The position numbers and the translations under genes were made by a program. From contig NW_027591044.1 of NCBI RefSeq assembly GCF_964213995.1, forward strand, positions 1-64,000: DNA of 64,000 bases, read 5' to 3'. Under the pieces are notes generated by a model. It searched no databases. It had not been told where the DNA came from and worked only from the letters and a program-made list of their open reading frames with translations. Below are positions 36,851 to 48,200 of the stretch, one piece after another. The first letter of the stretch is position 1. Each line of letters begins with the position of its first letter. The stretch is from Mustelus asterias. Its lineage: Eukaryota.

Positions 36851-38830
36851 GTAACCGCTCAGGATCACCGAGTTGAAACAATACAGAAACAATTGAGAAA
36901 CACCAAACCATTTCACAAATTTTGAGATGAGATTAGTGATTAATTATCTCTGCATCCAACTACAAATTACTTGGAAGGAATGCTGCGCCTGCACAGAAAC
37001 AATGTAATAATCGGGCACAAAAATTGCCAAATAGCGTTTTATTGCCAATTATTCACCAAAACTCATATTTAAGTGAATGCGAACTTCATCGGGGATATAA
37101 CAATTAATGCAAAGTATCTTGTTGAACTGAGCGCTGCTGTGGAAACAGCATGTTATCAGTGAAATAGTTTCTGGAATTATCACAAAATATTTCCAGCCGA
37201 GAAACTTTTTTGGTCATGTTAATTGTATGCAAAGCACAGCAGAACTATTAAAGCCGATTAATGCGAAATGATATGAATAGAAAATAATCTTTTGTGAATA
37301 TGTAGTTATGTTACCGATTAATAACAGTTTGATTTATATTAATTTTACTGTCAAACTTGTTAATGAGAAGTTTGTTTTTGCAGCAACTACTTAGTGTCCG
37401 ATTGAACGTTGTAAGACATGATTTATTTTAATTTCTAAGAGTTAGTTAAAATTTATAAAAATGCTGTAATACCTTTATTTTATTTCTTTCACAACCTGCT
37501 TATTTTCTCCCTACAAGGATTTTCAAACTCATAGATTATTTGCATTTAACCAGAAAACGTGTAACCGCTCAGTGCCACCGAGTTTAAACAATGCAGAAAC
37601 ACCAAAACATTTCACACATTTTAAACATTCTTAGTGACCTAACAACAGAACCTCCTCAACAGAAACACACCAAAACACATCAATGAGGGAATGAATCCGT
37701 TTCACGGGGACGCAACTCAATTATCCATTCAACAAAATCAAAAATATGATTGCAAGGAAATCTCAATATTCAATCCGGTAAACCAGCTCGTCACCAAATA
37801 TATGAATGATTGAACTAAACAGAAATTTGGAATAAGAGCAATAGCATTGCGAGGAGGTGGAATATGTCCAACAAATTAATATTGAAATTTTACCACATTC
37901 TATTCATATTGGGTCATATTTCAAACAGATTTCAAACATATTTAAATATTGGGTGGGTAAAAGCTGCAGCCGTCAGATGCCACCGAGGTTAAACATGGCA
38001 TGTATCCCAAATTGTGAATGCAGTGGCAAACTATGTTTTGGACGAGTGGCATAAACCGTGGTTTGGTTTAACCTGCACTTATCAGCTCCGATTTAAAAAA
38101 AATACAAATACAATAAAGCCTGCCTGATTTCTGTCTGCAGGCACACGTCAAGTAGTTTAAAACCCGCAGACTGTTTGTATTCAATCACAAAATGTGTAAC
38201 AGCTCAGTGTCACCGAGTGTAAACAATGCAGAATCTCCGAACCATTTCACAAATTTTACTTATTCAAAGTCACCCAGACAGACAACCTCCTCACCAGAAA
38301 CACGCAGCACTGAGGGACTGAACCCCGGTTCATGCAGAAGCAGCTCAATTCTACAAACAGTTGCAACAGAATCAAATTTCACATTGGCAGAAAATCTCAA
38401 TTTAAAATCCAGCCAACCTGACCATCACCAAAGCAACTAATGATTAAAATGAGCACAACAATGACATAACAAAACCAGATTGTGATTAAGCGGAACATGT
38501 TCGCAACATTAAAGCAGAAACTTTAACATATTTTGTTAATATTGGGTTAGATTTCAAACACTTGTGCAGTAGATGGTGCAACTCGCAGCCACTAGATGTC
38601 ACCGAGATTAAACATTGAAGAAACGCCGAACTGCTTAACAAAAGGAAGGCATTTAAAGTAACCCAGCCACACAATGTCCTCAGCAGATACACACCAAATC
38701 ACAACAAGAGACTGAATCACTCAGTATCACCTTTTGTCAATTAACAGTAGAATTCTATAACCCCCATTTTAAGCAGGATCACATGAAACATTGTAAAGAT
38801 TTTCAGCACAGAATCCACCAAACCACATTA
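36851..38830. repeat. Diverged ~620-710-bp tandem units in the J-C intron
   Basis: Motif GTAACCGCTCAGTGCCACCGAGTTTAAACAATGCAGAA, or variants, at ~36851, 37561, 37966, 38196 and 38585. Flanks also align (37741.. vs 38381..). Confidence 0.8.
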
Positions 38831-38918
38831 CATTGAACGAATGAATTAATAAAATCGAGAAAAAGTATAAAACAAAAACTCAAATAAAACACTGACTAAA
38901 TAAATGCATGGTTCTTAC

Positions 38919-38966
38919 CTGCAGTCACCGTCACCATGGTCCCTTGTCCCCAGTAGTCCATGGCGT
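38919..38966 (-). CDS. IGHJ: Immunoglobulin heavy-chain J segment (germline)
   Basis: Encodes AMDYWGQGTMVTVTA (WGxG motif), followed by phase-1 donor G|GTAAGA. Confidence 0.97.
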
Positions 38967-39005
38967 CACAGTGTCACATTCTCTAGGCTGGGTCATACAA
39001 TAACC
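38967..39005 (+). promoter_or_regulatory. J recombination signal sequence, 23-bp spacer
   Basis: Heptamer CACAGTG 38967-73, 23 bp, nonamer ACAATAACC 38997-39005. Confidence 0.95.
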
Positions 39006-39331
39006 ATCTCTGCACAAAATAGACAGAAATCCATCAGTATTTTAAAAATTCACAAGCCAGAGGGAAAGCAAATCACTGCATTTTCATGAAATTATTATTG
39101 TACTGGTGGATACCGTTCGCTCTACATAAATAACCTTAATGTTTTATATTTCATAGAGGATCACATGATCAAGTTATTGAAAACACCAACTGATAATCAA
39201 ATAGTTATCATAAATTTCCCATATTAATTCTCGCTATTTGTGTAGTGCTGGGACATAAATAATACAGCACCGTAAATAATGCTGGATTGGAAAACAGAGC
39301 ACTGCCCCAGTCTCGGTCAATTAGTGCTGAG

Positions 39332-39400
39332 GGTTTTTGTATTGACAGTAACTGCTGTGCCACCCCAGTTATCACAGTGAGACACAGCATGACAAATACT
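39332..39400 (-). other. IGHD: IgH D2 segment (39360-39372, ATAACTGGGGTGG) with 12/12 RSS
   Basis: On + strand: GGTTTTTGT 39332-40, 12 bp, TGCTGTG 39353-59, D, CACAGTG 39373-79, 12 bp, ACAAATACT 39392-400. Confidence 0.95.
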
Positions 39401-39700
39401 GTGCCCGACTGCTAACTGTTTAATTACACTGCTGTCTCAAAAATCTGATTCTGCCTCATCCACGAGCGAGTGACTGAGATATTTCAGCTTGTCCTGGTCA
39501 TTGTATTTATAAAGGGGATCGGAATGCTTTTAAACTCTCTGTGTAGATTTAGCATATCGGTAAATATAGATTTTATGGGAAGATTTTTATACCTTTTCAC
39601 AAACTAATATTACTTCCACACATTATTTCACTGAAGCCTCGTTTACTTTGAAACTCCTGCTGTGGCACTGATCACCAATTTGAGCAATCTCTTTCCATGA

Positions 39701-39780
39701 GGTTTTTGTATGAGGATGTCGCTGTGCTCAGCACAGTGACCCACTGCTGTATCACAGTGACAGACACTCGCACAAAAACT
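39701..39780 (-). other. IGHD: IgH D1 segment (39739-39752, ATACAGCAGTGGGT) with 5' 12-RSS and 3' 22-RSS
   Basis: On + strand: GGTTTTTGT 39701-09, 22 bp, CACAGTG 39732-38, D, CACAGTG 39753-59, 12 bp, ACAAAAACT 39772-80. All three D frames are open. Confidence 0.95.
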
Positions 39781-40151
39781 GCACTCACTCTCTGTTCAGT
39801 ACTGCCGCTCAATATTCACTTCAAATAGACCATTATTTCGATGTAATTTACAATTTATGCAGCAGTTCACAAAACACAATCTAGAAACATCTCCTCCAAG
39901 TATCAGAAATATTAAAACGAGCATTATATCCAGGTGTGTAATTGCTGAAACTGTTAACAGTAAATATAAACAGAGTGAAAAGCTCAGCCCATTATGTCTG
40001 TGTGTTTTCTTGGTTTAATGTTTAATTTTCACTAAGTTGGGTTTGTCAGAAGCGGTTTGTGTTTTGGTTCTGGTCACTGTCGTTAATACTACATTGAAAA
40101 CAAGCACTGACCTTCAGGTTATGATGGAAGTTGCTGAATTCCCTCTCGAGC

Positions 40152-40190
40152 TGTTCTTGTTCGGGTCCATCCCTAGTTCCTCTCGCTGTG
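40152..40190 (-). promoter_or_regulatory. V recombination signal sequence, 23-bp spacer
   Basis: Minus strand: CACAGCG (40190-84), 23 bp, ACAAGAACA (40160-52), directly after TATTACTGTGCAAGACAC. Confidence 0.93.
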
Positions 40191-40495
40191 GTGTCTTGCA
40201 CAGTAATAGATGGCGGTGTCTTCGGTCTTCAGCCTCGTCATCTCCAAAGAGAAGATGTTGCTTGAAGTGTCTTTGGACGCAGTAAATCGATCTTTAATTG
40301 CTGGGGCGTAGTTGTTGCTAGATGAACTATAGTACCACAGCAGCCACTCTAGCCCCTGTCCTGGAACCTGTCGGATCCAGTGCATGGAAGCGCTGCTAAG
40401 ACTGAAGCCGCTGGTTTTACAGGTCAGTGTCAGGGAGCCTCCTGGACGCCCGGTCTCTGCCTCTGGCTGAGTCAACACAACCTGCGACTGGACAC
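40191..40495 (-). CDS. IGHV: Immunoglobulin heavy-chain V exon, shark IgM-type; open frame but no leader exon found
   Basis: Acceptor TTTTTACAG|GT then (G)[51 protein letters not shown]...RFTASKDTS...[10 protein letters not shown]. Canonical Cys/Trp/Cys intact. TQPEAE, CKTSGF and VPGQGLEW are typical of elasmobranch IgM VH. Confidence 0.96.
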
Positions 40496-42384
40496 CTGTA
40501 AAAATAGATTAAAAAACCCGAGGATTAATCCTGGTGTAATGATTTTTTACTCTGGAGTATTACAGAGATGGACTAAAACTGAGACAGTAACTGTGGGAGA
40601 CTAGAAAACTGCCCCAGGCTCCTGTGAATTCCTCCAACTCGTATTTAATTAGACTTGAATTGATTTATTTTAAAACGGTTTATTTTAAACATATTGAGAC
40701 CGGCCTGAAAGTGGTAGACTGGGGACTATCACACAAATGCTCTCAGTCTGATGGTGTGGGGGTATTGTCACTGGACTGGGAGCCCAGAGCCAGCCAGCTT
40801 CCAATCACACCACAGCAAATAGTGAAATCTCAATTCAATAAAAATCTGTCATTAAAGGCCTGGTGATGACCATGAAACCATTGCCGTTAAAACCCATTTG
40901 GTTCACCGATGCCCTTTAGAGAAGGAACTTATCCGACTCCAGAATAAGACCAGAGGATGCTGGAAAATCTCAGCAGGTCTGGTAGGACCTGTAAGTCTTT
41001 CATGTGAATCCAGGTCCACACGATGTGGTTGACTCTGGAATGGCCCAGCAAGCAAGCCGCTCAGTTCAAGGGCAGTTAGGGATAGACCACAATCAAGGAA
41101 CTGGGAACAATCTGCACAAAATATTGGCCAGTTATTTTCAGGTTGGAAATGTAAAGCTGCCGTTTCGCTCTCAGTCAGGAACAGATCCCAGTTTTACACC
41201 AATCTCTGATTTAACAGCGCATTGGAGAGCTGGTGCAGACACGATGGGCCAAATGGCCTCCTCCTGCACCAACACTATTCTGTGAAATCTTAGAAAACAG
41301 GGAAATGCTGGAATTAAACTCAGCAGGTTCGGCAGCATCTGTGCAGAGAGAGAGAGAAACAGAGTTAACATTTCAGCTCTGTGACCTTTCCTGTGAACTG
41401 GGGAAAGTTAGAAATGTAACAGGTTTGGAGAAAGGGGCGGGTGGGACAGGGACGAAAGGAAGGTCTGTGAGAGGGTGGAAGACAGGAGAGATTGAATGAG
41501 AGAAAAGTGAACCCCCCCCACAGAGCCAAACTCCCTCAGAGGCTCCCACACTGCATTCCAACAAACTGAGCTGGATTGGACTGAATGGGAAGTCATGGGA
41601 ATGTAGCCCTCACTGACTTCATGGATCAAGTACATTTCTGGATGGAAATTAGCTGCATAGACTCCAGCCTGGTTGTTGGTGTGAAACAGGAGCTGATGTC
41701 TATCTGTATGTGTGTGTGTGAGTCCCTGCCTGCAGCTCCCAGAGAGTTTAAAATCCTGCATCTGTCTCTCTGCAGAGCTGCTGGTTAAAGACACATTTAC
41801 AGCATTTATCAGACAGAAACTTCACTCTCATTCTCTCCCTCCCCTCCCCCAGCCAGTGCTTCTGTTAAAAAAAGTTGAAACGCTTTATTTTGCAGCTCTG
41901 ATCTCTGGTGAATTATTAACCACTAAGCACAGGGCACACACACACATTCAGACACCCGGACAGACAACAGGCAGATTGTAAATCAGAACTGGGATTTGTA
42001 AATGCAGCAACAAAGAACTTTGCAAGATATTGTTTCAGTTCAGGCAACTTAAGGAAAAGTGAATTTTGCAAGAATCAGCAAAGGGTGCAAACCTGTAGCG
42101 GATGGAGTCCTGGATGAACAAGTTGTACAATCCACATTCAGACCTGGCCTCTCTCTCTCTCTGGCAGTGCAGGGCTGCGAGTTAATTGAAACCCATCTTC
42201 TCTCAGCTCCCAGTGCTGGTGATGTGAAAGCTGGGAGTGGGGGGGAGGGAGAGCCTTGGATAAACCATTTGCCTAGTGCTCACTAACCCCCACACACAAA
42301 CACCCCCCCACACAGTCAGAGACAGGTTGGTGTTGGACTGGGCCAGGTAGGAGGAGGTGTGTTCAGGTGAGGTGGAGGAGCTGT

Positions 42385-42495
42385 GGTTGGATAAGGATTG
42401 ATTGGGGAGGTGTGGGACTCAGTGAGGTTATAAAAAGGCTGGCGATGCATTGTCCAGTCTCTCTCTACACGTGGGTTGGTAAGTATCAGGTAAGC
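42385..42495 (+). promoter_or_regulatory. Pol II core promoter and short non-coding first exon of an unidentified gene
   Basis: GATAA 42390-94; inverted CCAAT (TGATTGG) 42399-405; GGTGTGGG box; TATAAAA 42429-35; Inr CCAGTCT 42454-60; donors GTAAGT 42479 and GTAAGC 42490. Confidence 0.6.
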
Positions 42496-43452
42496 TGTGT
42501 CTTTGTGAGTGAGTCAGTGTGTGCTTGCATGGAGTTCCAGCTCTGATATTTTAACCCCCCTTTCCCAGCACAAAGCCCCTGGCCAATGATCTCTCTCCCC
42601 ACCATGGGAGAGGGGATGGAAGGAGTTGGAGAGATCACCGAGGGAAAACATGTGCGATGGTGAGTATGAACCTCTTCACTTTCTGTCCGCACCTTTCCCG
42701 CCTCAGCCCTGCTTTTCTCTCTGTTTGCAGCCTCCTCTCAATCTCCCTCTCCATCTTTCTCTCTTTCAACCTTTCTCTCTCTCAATCTCTCTCTCAATCT
42801 CTGTCTTTCTATCTCTCAATCTTTCTATGTCTCAATCTTTCTATGTCTCAATCTTTCTATGTCTCAATNNNNNNNNNNNNNNNNNNNNNNNNNNNNNNNN
42901 NNNNNNNNNNNNNNNNNNNNNNNNNNNNNNNNNNNNNNNNNNNNNNNNNNNNNNNNNNNNNNNNNNNNNNNNNNNNNNNNNNNNNNNNNNNNNNNNTCTC
43001 AATCTTTCNNNNNNNNNNNNNNNNNNNNNNNNNNNNNNNNNNNNNNNNNNNNNNNNNNNNNNNNNNNNNNNNNNNNNNNNNNNNNNNNNNNNNNNNNNNN
43101 NNNNNNNNNNNNNNNNNNNNNNNNNNNNNNNNNNNNNNNNNNNNNNNNNNNNNNNNNNNNNNNNNNNNNNNNNNNNNNNNNNNNNNNNNNNNNNNNNNNN
43201 NNNNNNNNNNNNNNNNNNNNNNNNNNNNNNNNNNNNNNNNNNNNNNNNNNNNNNNNNNNNNNNNNNNNNNNNNNNNNNNNNNNNNNNNNNNNNNNNNNNN
43301 NNNNNNNNNNNNNNNNNNNNNNNNNNNNNNNNNNNNNNNNNNNNNNNNNNNNNNNNNNNNNNNNNNNNNNNNNNNNNNNNNNNNNNNNNNNNNNNNNNNN
43401 NNNNNNNNNNNNNNNNNNNNNNNNNNNNNNNNNNNNNNNNNNNNNNNNNNNN

Positions 43453-45275
43453 TTTCCCCCCCTGGGCTTTGTCCCCCCCCCCCCCCCCGGGCTTTGTCCC
43501 CCCCCCTGGGCTTTGTCCCCCCCCCCCCCCTGGGCTTTGTCGTCCCCCCCCCCCTGGGCTTTGTCGTCCCCCCCCCCCCCCCCCGGCATTGCCCCCCCCC
43601 CGGCATTGCCCCCCTCCCGGCATTGCCCCCCCCCCCGGCATTGGCCCCCCCCCCCCGGCATTGCCCCCCCCGGCATTGCCCCCCCCCGGCATTGCCCCCC
43701 CCCCGGCATTGCCCCCCCCCGGCATTGCCCCCCCGGCATTGCCCCCCCCCGGCACTGCCCCCCCCCGGGCATTGCCCCCCCCCGGGCATTGCCCCCCCCC
43801 GGGCATTGCCCCCCCCCGGCATTGCCCCCCCCCGGGCATTGCCCCCCCCCGGGCATTGCCCCCCCCGGGCATTGCCCCCCCCCGGCATTGCCCCCCCCGG
43901 GCATTGCCCCCCCCCGGGCATTGCCCCCCCCCGGGCATTGCCCCCCCCCGGGCATTGCCCCCCCCGGGCATTGCCCCCCCCGGGCATTGCCCCCCCCCCG
44001 GGCATTGCCCCCCCCCCGGGCATTGCCCCCCCCCCCGGGCATTGCCCCCCCCCCCGGGCATTGCCCCCCCCCCTGGGCATTGCCCCCCCCGAATTGCGCC
44101 CCCCCCCCGAATTGCGCCCCCCCCCCCCGAATGCCCCCCTCCCGAATCTGCCCCCCCGAATTGCGCCCCCCCCGAATTGCGCCCCCCCCGAATTGCGCCC
44201 CCCCCGAATTGCCCCCCCCCCGAATTGCCCCCCCCGAATTGCGCCCCCCCCGAATTGCGCCCCCCCCCGAATTGCCCCCCCCCGAATTGCCCCCCCCGAA
44301 TTGCGCCCCCCCCCCGAATTGCGCCCCCCCCCCCCGAATTGCGCCCCCCCCCCGAATTGCCCCCCCCCGAATTGCCCCCCTCCCGAATTGCCCCCCCCCG
44401 AATTGCGCCCCCCCCGAATTGCGCCCCCCCCCGAATTGCCCCCCCCCCGAATTGCCCCCCCCCGAATTGCCCCCCCCCGAATTGCGCCCCCCCGAATTGC
44501 GCCCCCCCCCGAATTGCGCCCCCCCGAATTGCCCCCCCGAATTGCCCCCCCCCCCGAATTGCCCCCCCCCCGAACCCCCCCCCCCCGAATTGCGCCCCCC
44601 CCCGAATTGCGCCCCCCCCCGAATTGCCCCCCCCCGAATTGCCCCCCCCCGAATTGCCCCCCCCGAAGTGCCCCCCCGAAGTGCCCCCCCGAAGTGCCCC
44701 CCCCGAAGTGCCCCCCCCGAAATGCGCCCCCCCCCGAATTGCACCCCCCCCCGAATTGCCCCCCCCGAATTGCGCCCCCCCCCCCGAATTGCGCCCCCCC
44801 CCCCCGAATTGCGCCCCCCCGAATTGCCCCTCCCGAATTGCCCCCCCGAATTGGCCCCCCTCCCGAATGCCCCCCCGAATTGCCCCCCTCCCGAATTGCG
44901 CCCCCCCCCGAATTGCGCCCCCCCCGAATTGCGCCCCCCCCGAATTGCGCCCCCCCCCGAATTGCCCCCCCCGAATTGCCCCCCCCCGAATTGCCCCCCC
45001 CCGAATTGCCCCCCCCCGAATGCCCCCCCCCCGAATTGCCCCCCCGAATTGCCCCCCCCCAAATTGCCCCCCCCCGAATTGCGCCCCCCCCGAATTGCCC
45101 CCTCCCGAATTGCCCCCCTCCCGAATTGCCCCCCCCCCCGAATTGCCCCCCCCCCCGAATTGCGCCCCCCCCCCGAATTGCGCCCCCCCCGAATTGCGCC
45201 CCCCCCGAATTGCGCCCCCCCCCGAATTGCGGCGCCCCCCCGAATTGCGCCCCCCCCGACTTGCGCCCCCCCCCG
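43453..45275. repeat. C-rich satellite: C-runs separated by TGGGCTTTGT, then GGCATTG, then GAATTG(CG)
   Basis: Visible directly as three successive unit zones. It explains the Pro/Gly-rich ORFs in all frames. Confidence 0.92.
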
Positions 45276-48200
45276 CTTCCCGTCTCCAGCTGTTCCCACC
45301 AGACACAAAAACCGCTGCTGAATCTCCCCCCCCCTCCCCTTCCTGCCAATGCCCTATAGATTCCTCTCTCAGCTCAATCCCCCCCGAACCCTTCTCCTGA
45401 ACCCACTCCCAATCCTTTTAAAACCGCCACCCTCAGTCTCTCACCCCCAAATTCCCCTCCCCCCAAACCCCTCCTTAATTCCCACTCCAGAAACCCACTC
45501 TAAATCCCTCCACTTCAACGCCTCTAACCCTCCCTGCTGCCCAATCTCTCTCGGCCCCTCCCCCCGATCCTCTCTGCCCAATCTTCTCCAATCCCACTCT
45601 AATCACCCCCCCACTCACTCTCTCTCAGGAACTCACCGCCAAAGCCCTCTGAGCCACTCCCAATCCTTCTCAACCCGCTGCCCTCAATCTCCACTAATTC
45701 CCCCCCAAAACTCCTCTTTCCCCCACCTGATTCCCTGTCCCTCTGCCCGATCTCCTTTAATCCGACTCTGTAAGCACCCCCTCCCCCCGCTCAATCTCTC
45801 TGACACCCACTGCCAATCTGACTCTCAGCCCCCTGAATCCTCCAAGTTCCTGCCCCAAATCCTCAGCCCCCCCCCCAAAGGCTCCCTTTGCCCCCCCCCT
45901 GCCAAAATCAAGCCACCCAATCCTTCCTCAGTCCTCCCCACCCCTGAATCCCTCTGAGTCACCCCCCCACTCCGAATCGCTCAACACCCCCCCAATTCTA
46001 ACCCTGATGCAAGGCCCCACCCTAAATCCCTCTCTGAATTTCCCCCCTCCCAAATCCCTATAAATCCACCCCGCCCTCAATCCCTTTCCCTCCACCCCGA
46101 CTCGCCCCCCCTGCTAACTCCCTCTGACTCCCTACCCCATCCAGACCCTCCCCAGATTCTAAGCCCCTGAGATTCCTCTGGAATCCCCCCTGAATGTCTC
46201 CCGAGATCGCACCCACCCTCGCCACATTCCTCTGCCCCCGAATCCTGCTCCCTCTCCAATCCCACCCCTTCTATCTGTCTGAGCACCAAACCATGTCTTT
46301 TAATCCCCGTAAACCCCCCAATCCCTCCTGTATCCCTCAGAACCCCAGAAATCCCCCTCTGAGCCCCCTCTTCCCGAATTCCCCCCGATTCCCTCCCTCT
46401 CAGCCCCGCTAAATCCCAAAGTCCCCATGAGACCCTTAAATCCCCCTGAATCCCTCTAATTCCCGACCACAATCCCCGAGTCTCCCCCACATCCCTCTCC
46501 ACTCTCCCCCTTTAATCCCCCTCAATCCCCCCCCCCACTCCAGCCAAATCTGTCGTCCCTCCTCACAATCCCTCTAAATCTCCCGATCCTTCCCTCTGAG
46601 CCCCGTATCCCTCTAAGTTCCCCTCTTTCCCCCCCCCCGCCCCTCTCAACCTGGCAAATTCCCACTCCCTCCCTGTGAACAGCCTCTGGACTGACAGATC
46701 CCCCCCTTTCTAATTAGTACCCCCCCCCCCCCCCTCCGCGCGTCCATCCCCGTCCACCACCCCCCTGTAAACAGCTCCTGGTGGAGTTGGATGTGGAAAC
46801 TCTGCCCATTTTAAACATTAACGTTCAAATGACTAATTCCCTTGACACTGAGCAGCCTGTGTTATAACATCCCCCACCCCCATCCTGTACAACAGACCCC
46901 CTGTCTGATTCCCCCTCCCCTCCTCCATTGCCCCCTTTCTCTGATAACCCCTGACTCTGGTCAGCCTGTGTTATAATTTTTCCCGCTCTTGTACAACAGC
47001 CTCCCCCACCGGCCCCTTCCCTCTCTGTCTAATAGCCCCGGCTCTGAACAAGCCCCTGTATTACACACTCCCCCCTTTCAGCAGTGCTGGATCCCTCTGA
47101 ATTGCCCCTGATTCCCTCCCTCTGCGTTCCTGGGCCTTTGCTGCTTGTGAACAGCAAACCCGTGATCTGGCCCGTCCCCCACGAGAGAGCAGAGAGAGAG
47201 ATATAAGAGACAGAGAAGCAGAGATATAGAGATGGAGATAGAGAGAATGCTGCTGTAATTCAGACAGAATGATTCACAGAGAGGGGGAAGCAGAGATCAG
47301 AGAGATGGAGATGGGGAGGATGCGACTGTAATTCAGACTGATTCACAGAGGGGGAAGCAGAGATCAGAGAGAGGGGGAAGCAGATAGAGAGAGGGAAGCG
47401 ATAGAGAGAGAGATAAGAGACAAAAGTAGAGTTAAAGTTAAAATTTTATTTGTTAATCACAAGTAGGCTTACATTAACACTGCAATGAAGTTATTGTGAA
47501 AAGATATAGAGATGGGGAGTGAGAGAGAATGCTGCTGTACTTCAGACAGAAGAGACGGAGAGGAGGCTGCTGTGATTGAGATAAAATGATCCACAGAGAG
47601 AGAGAGGGAGATGTCCAGAGAGGCTGAGATACAAAGTGAGATGTGGAGATAAGTAGAAAGTGGGGCTTTGGCAAGACAGAGTGACAACGTTTCAGAGAGA
47701 GTGAAAGACAGAGAGAAGGAGAGAAAAAGGGAAAGATGCTGCCATTGTGAGAGGCTGAGGTATAAAGGATGGGGAGAGACAGGGATTGGAAAGATGTGGA
47801 GAAACAGTTCTGAGGATGGGGGAGTTGCACAGACAGGGCTTCAGGGAGAGGGATTGAAATCTGTGGGATTACATTGGAGCAGGGATCACTGGGAATACCC
47901 CCTCCCCCTGACACACAGACCACTAACCCTCAGTGTAAAAGCCCCACCAGTCTATCTGTGAATAAAAATGAACGACAAAGACACGGGGACTTTTATTAAT
48001 ATTTTTCTCTCTGGTTATAGCTCTTGTCCGAGGATTCCTCACGGCAAAACTATTCGCTCTCTGCATCGCCAAAGTTTCCAAAGGAATTCTCCTTGGAAGA
48101 GAGAAAGAGAAAATAAAGTGAAATTTGATTAAACACAAAACAAAAGCTGATTAAAAACAATAAAAGGCACAGCAAGATCCCAGGACTTGCTGAAATTCAC

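Noticed and set aside
42626-45957. Pro-rich and Gly-rich ORFs of 200-924 aa
   Set aside because: All six frames are open across the C-rich satellite, so these are repeat artefacts.
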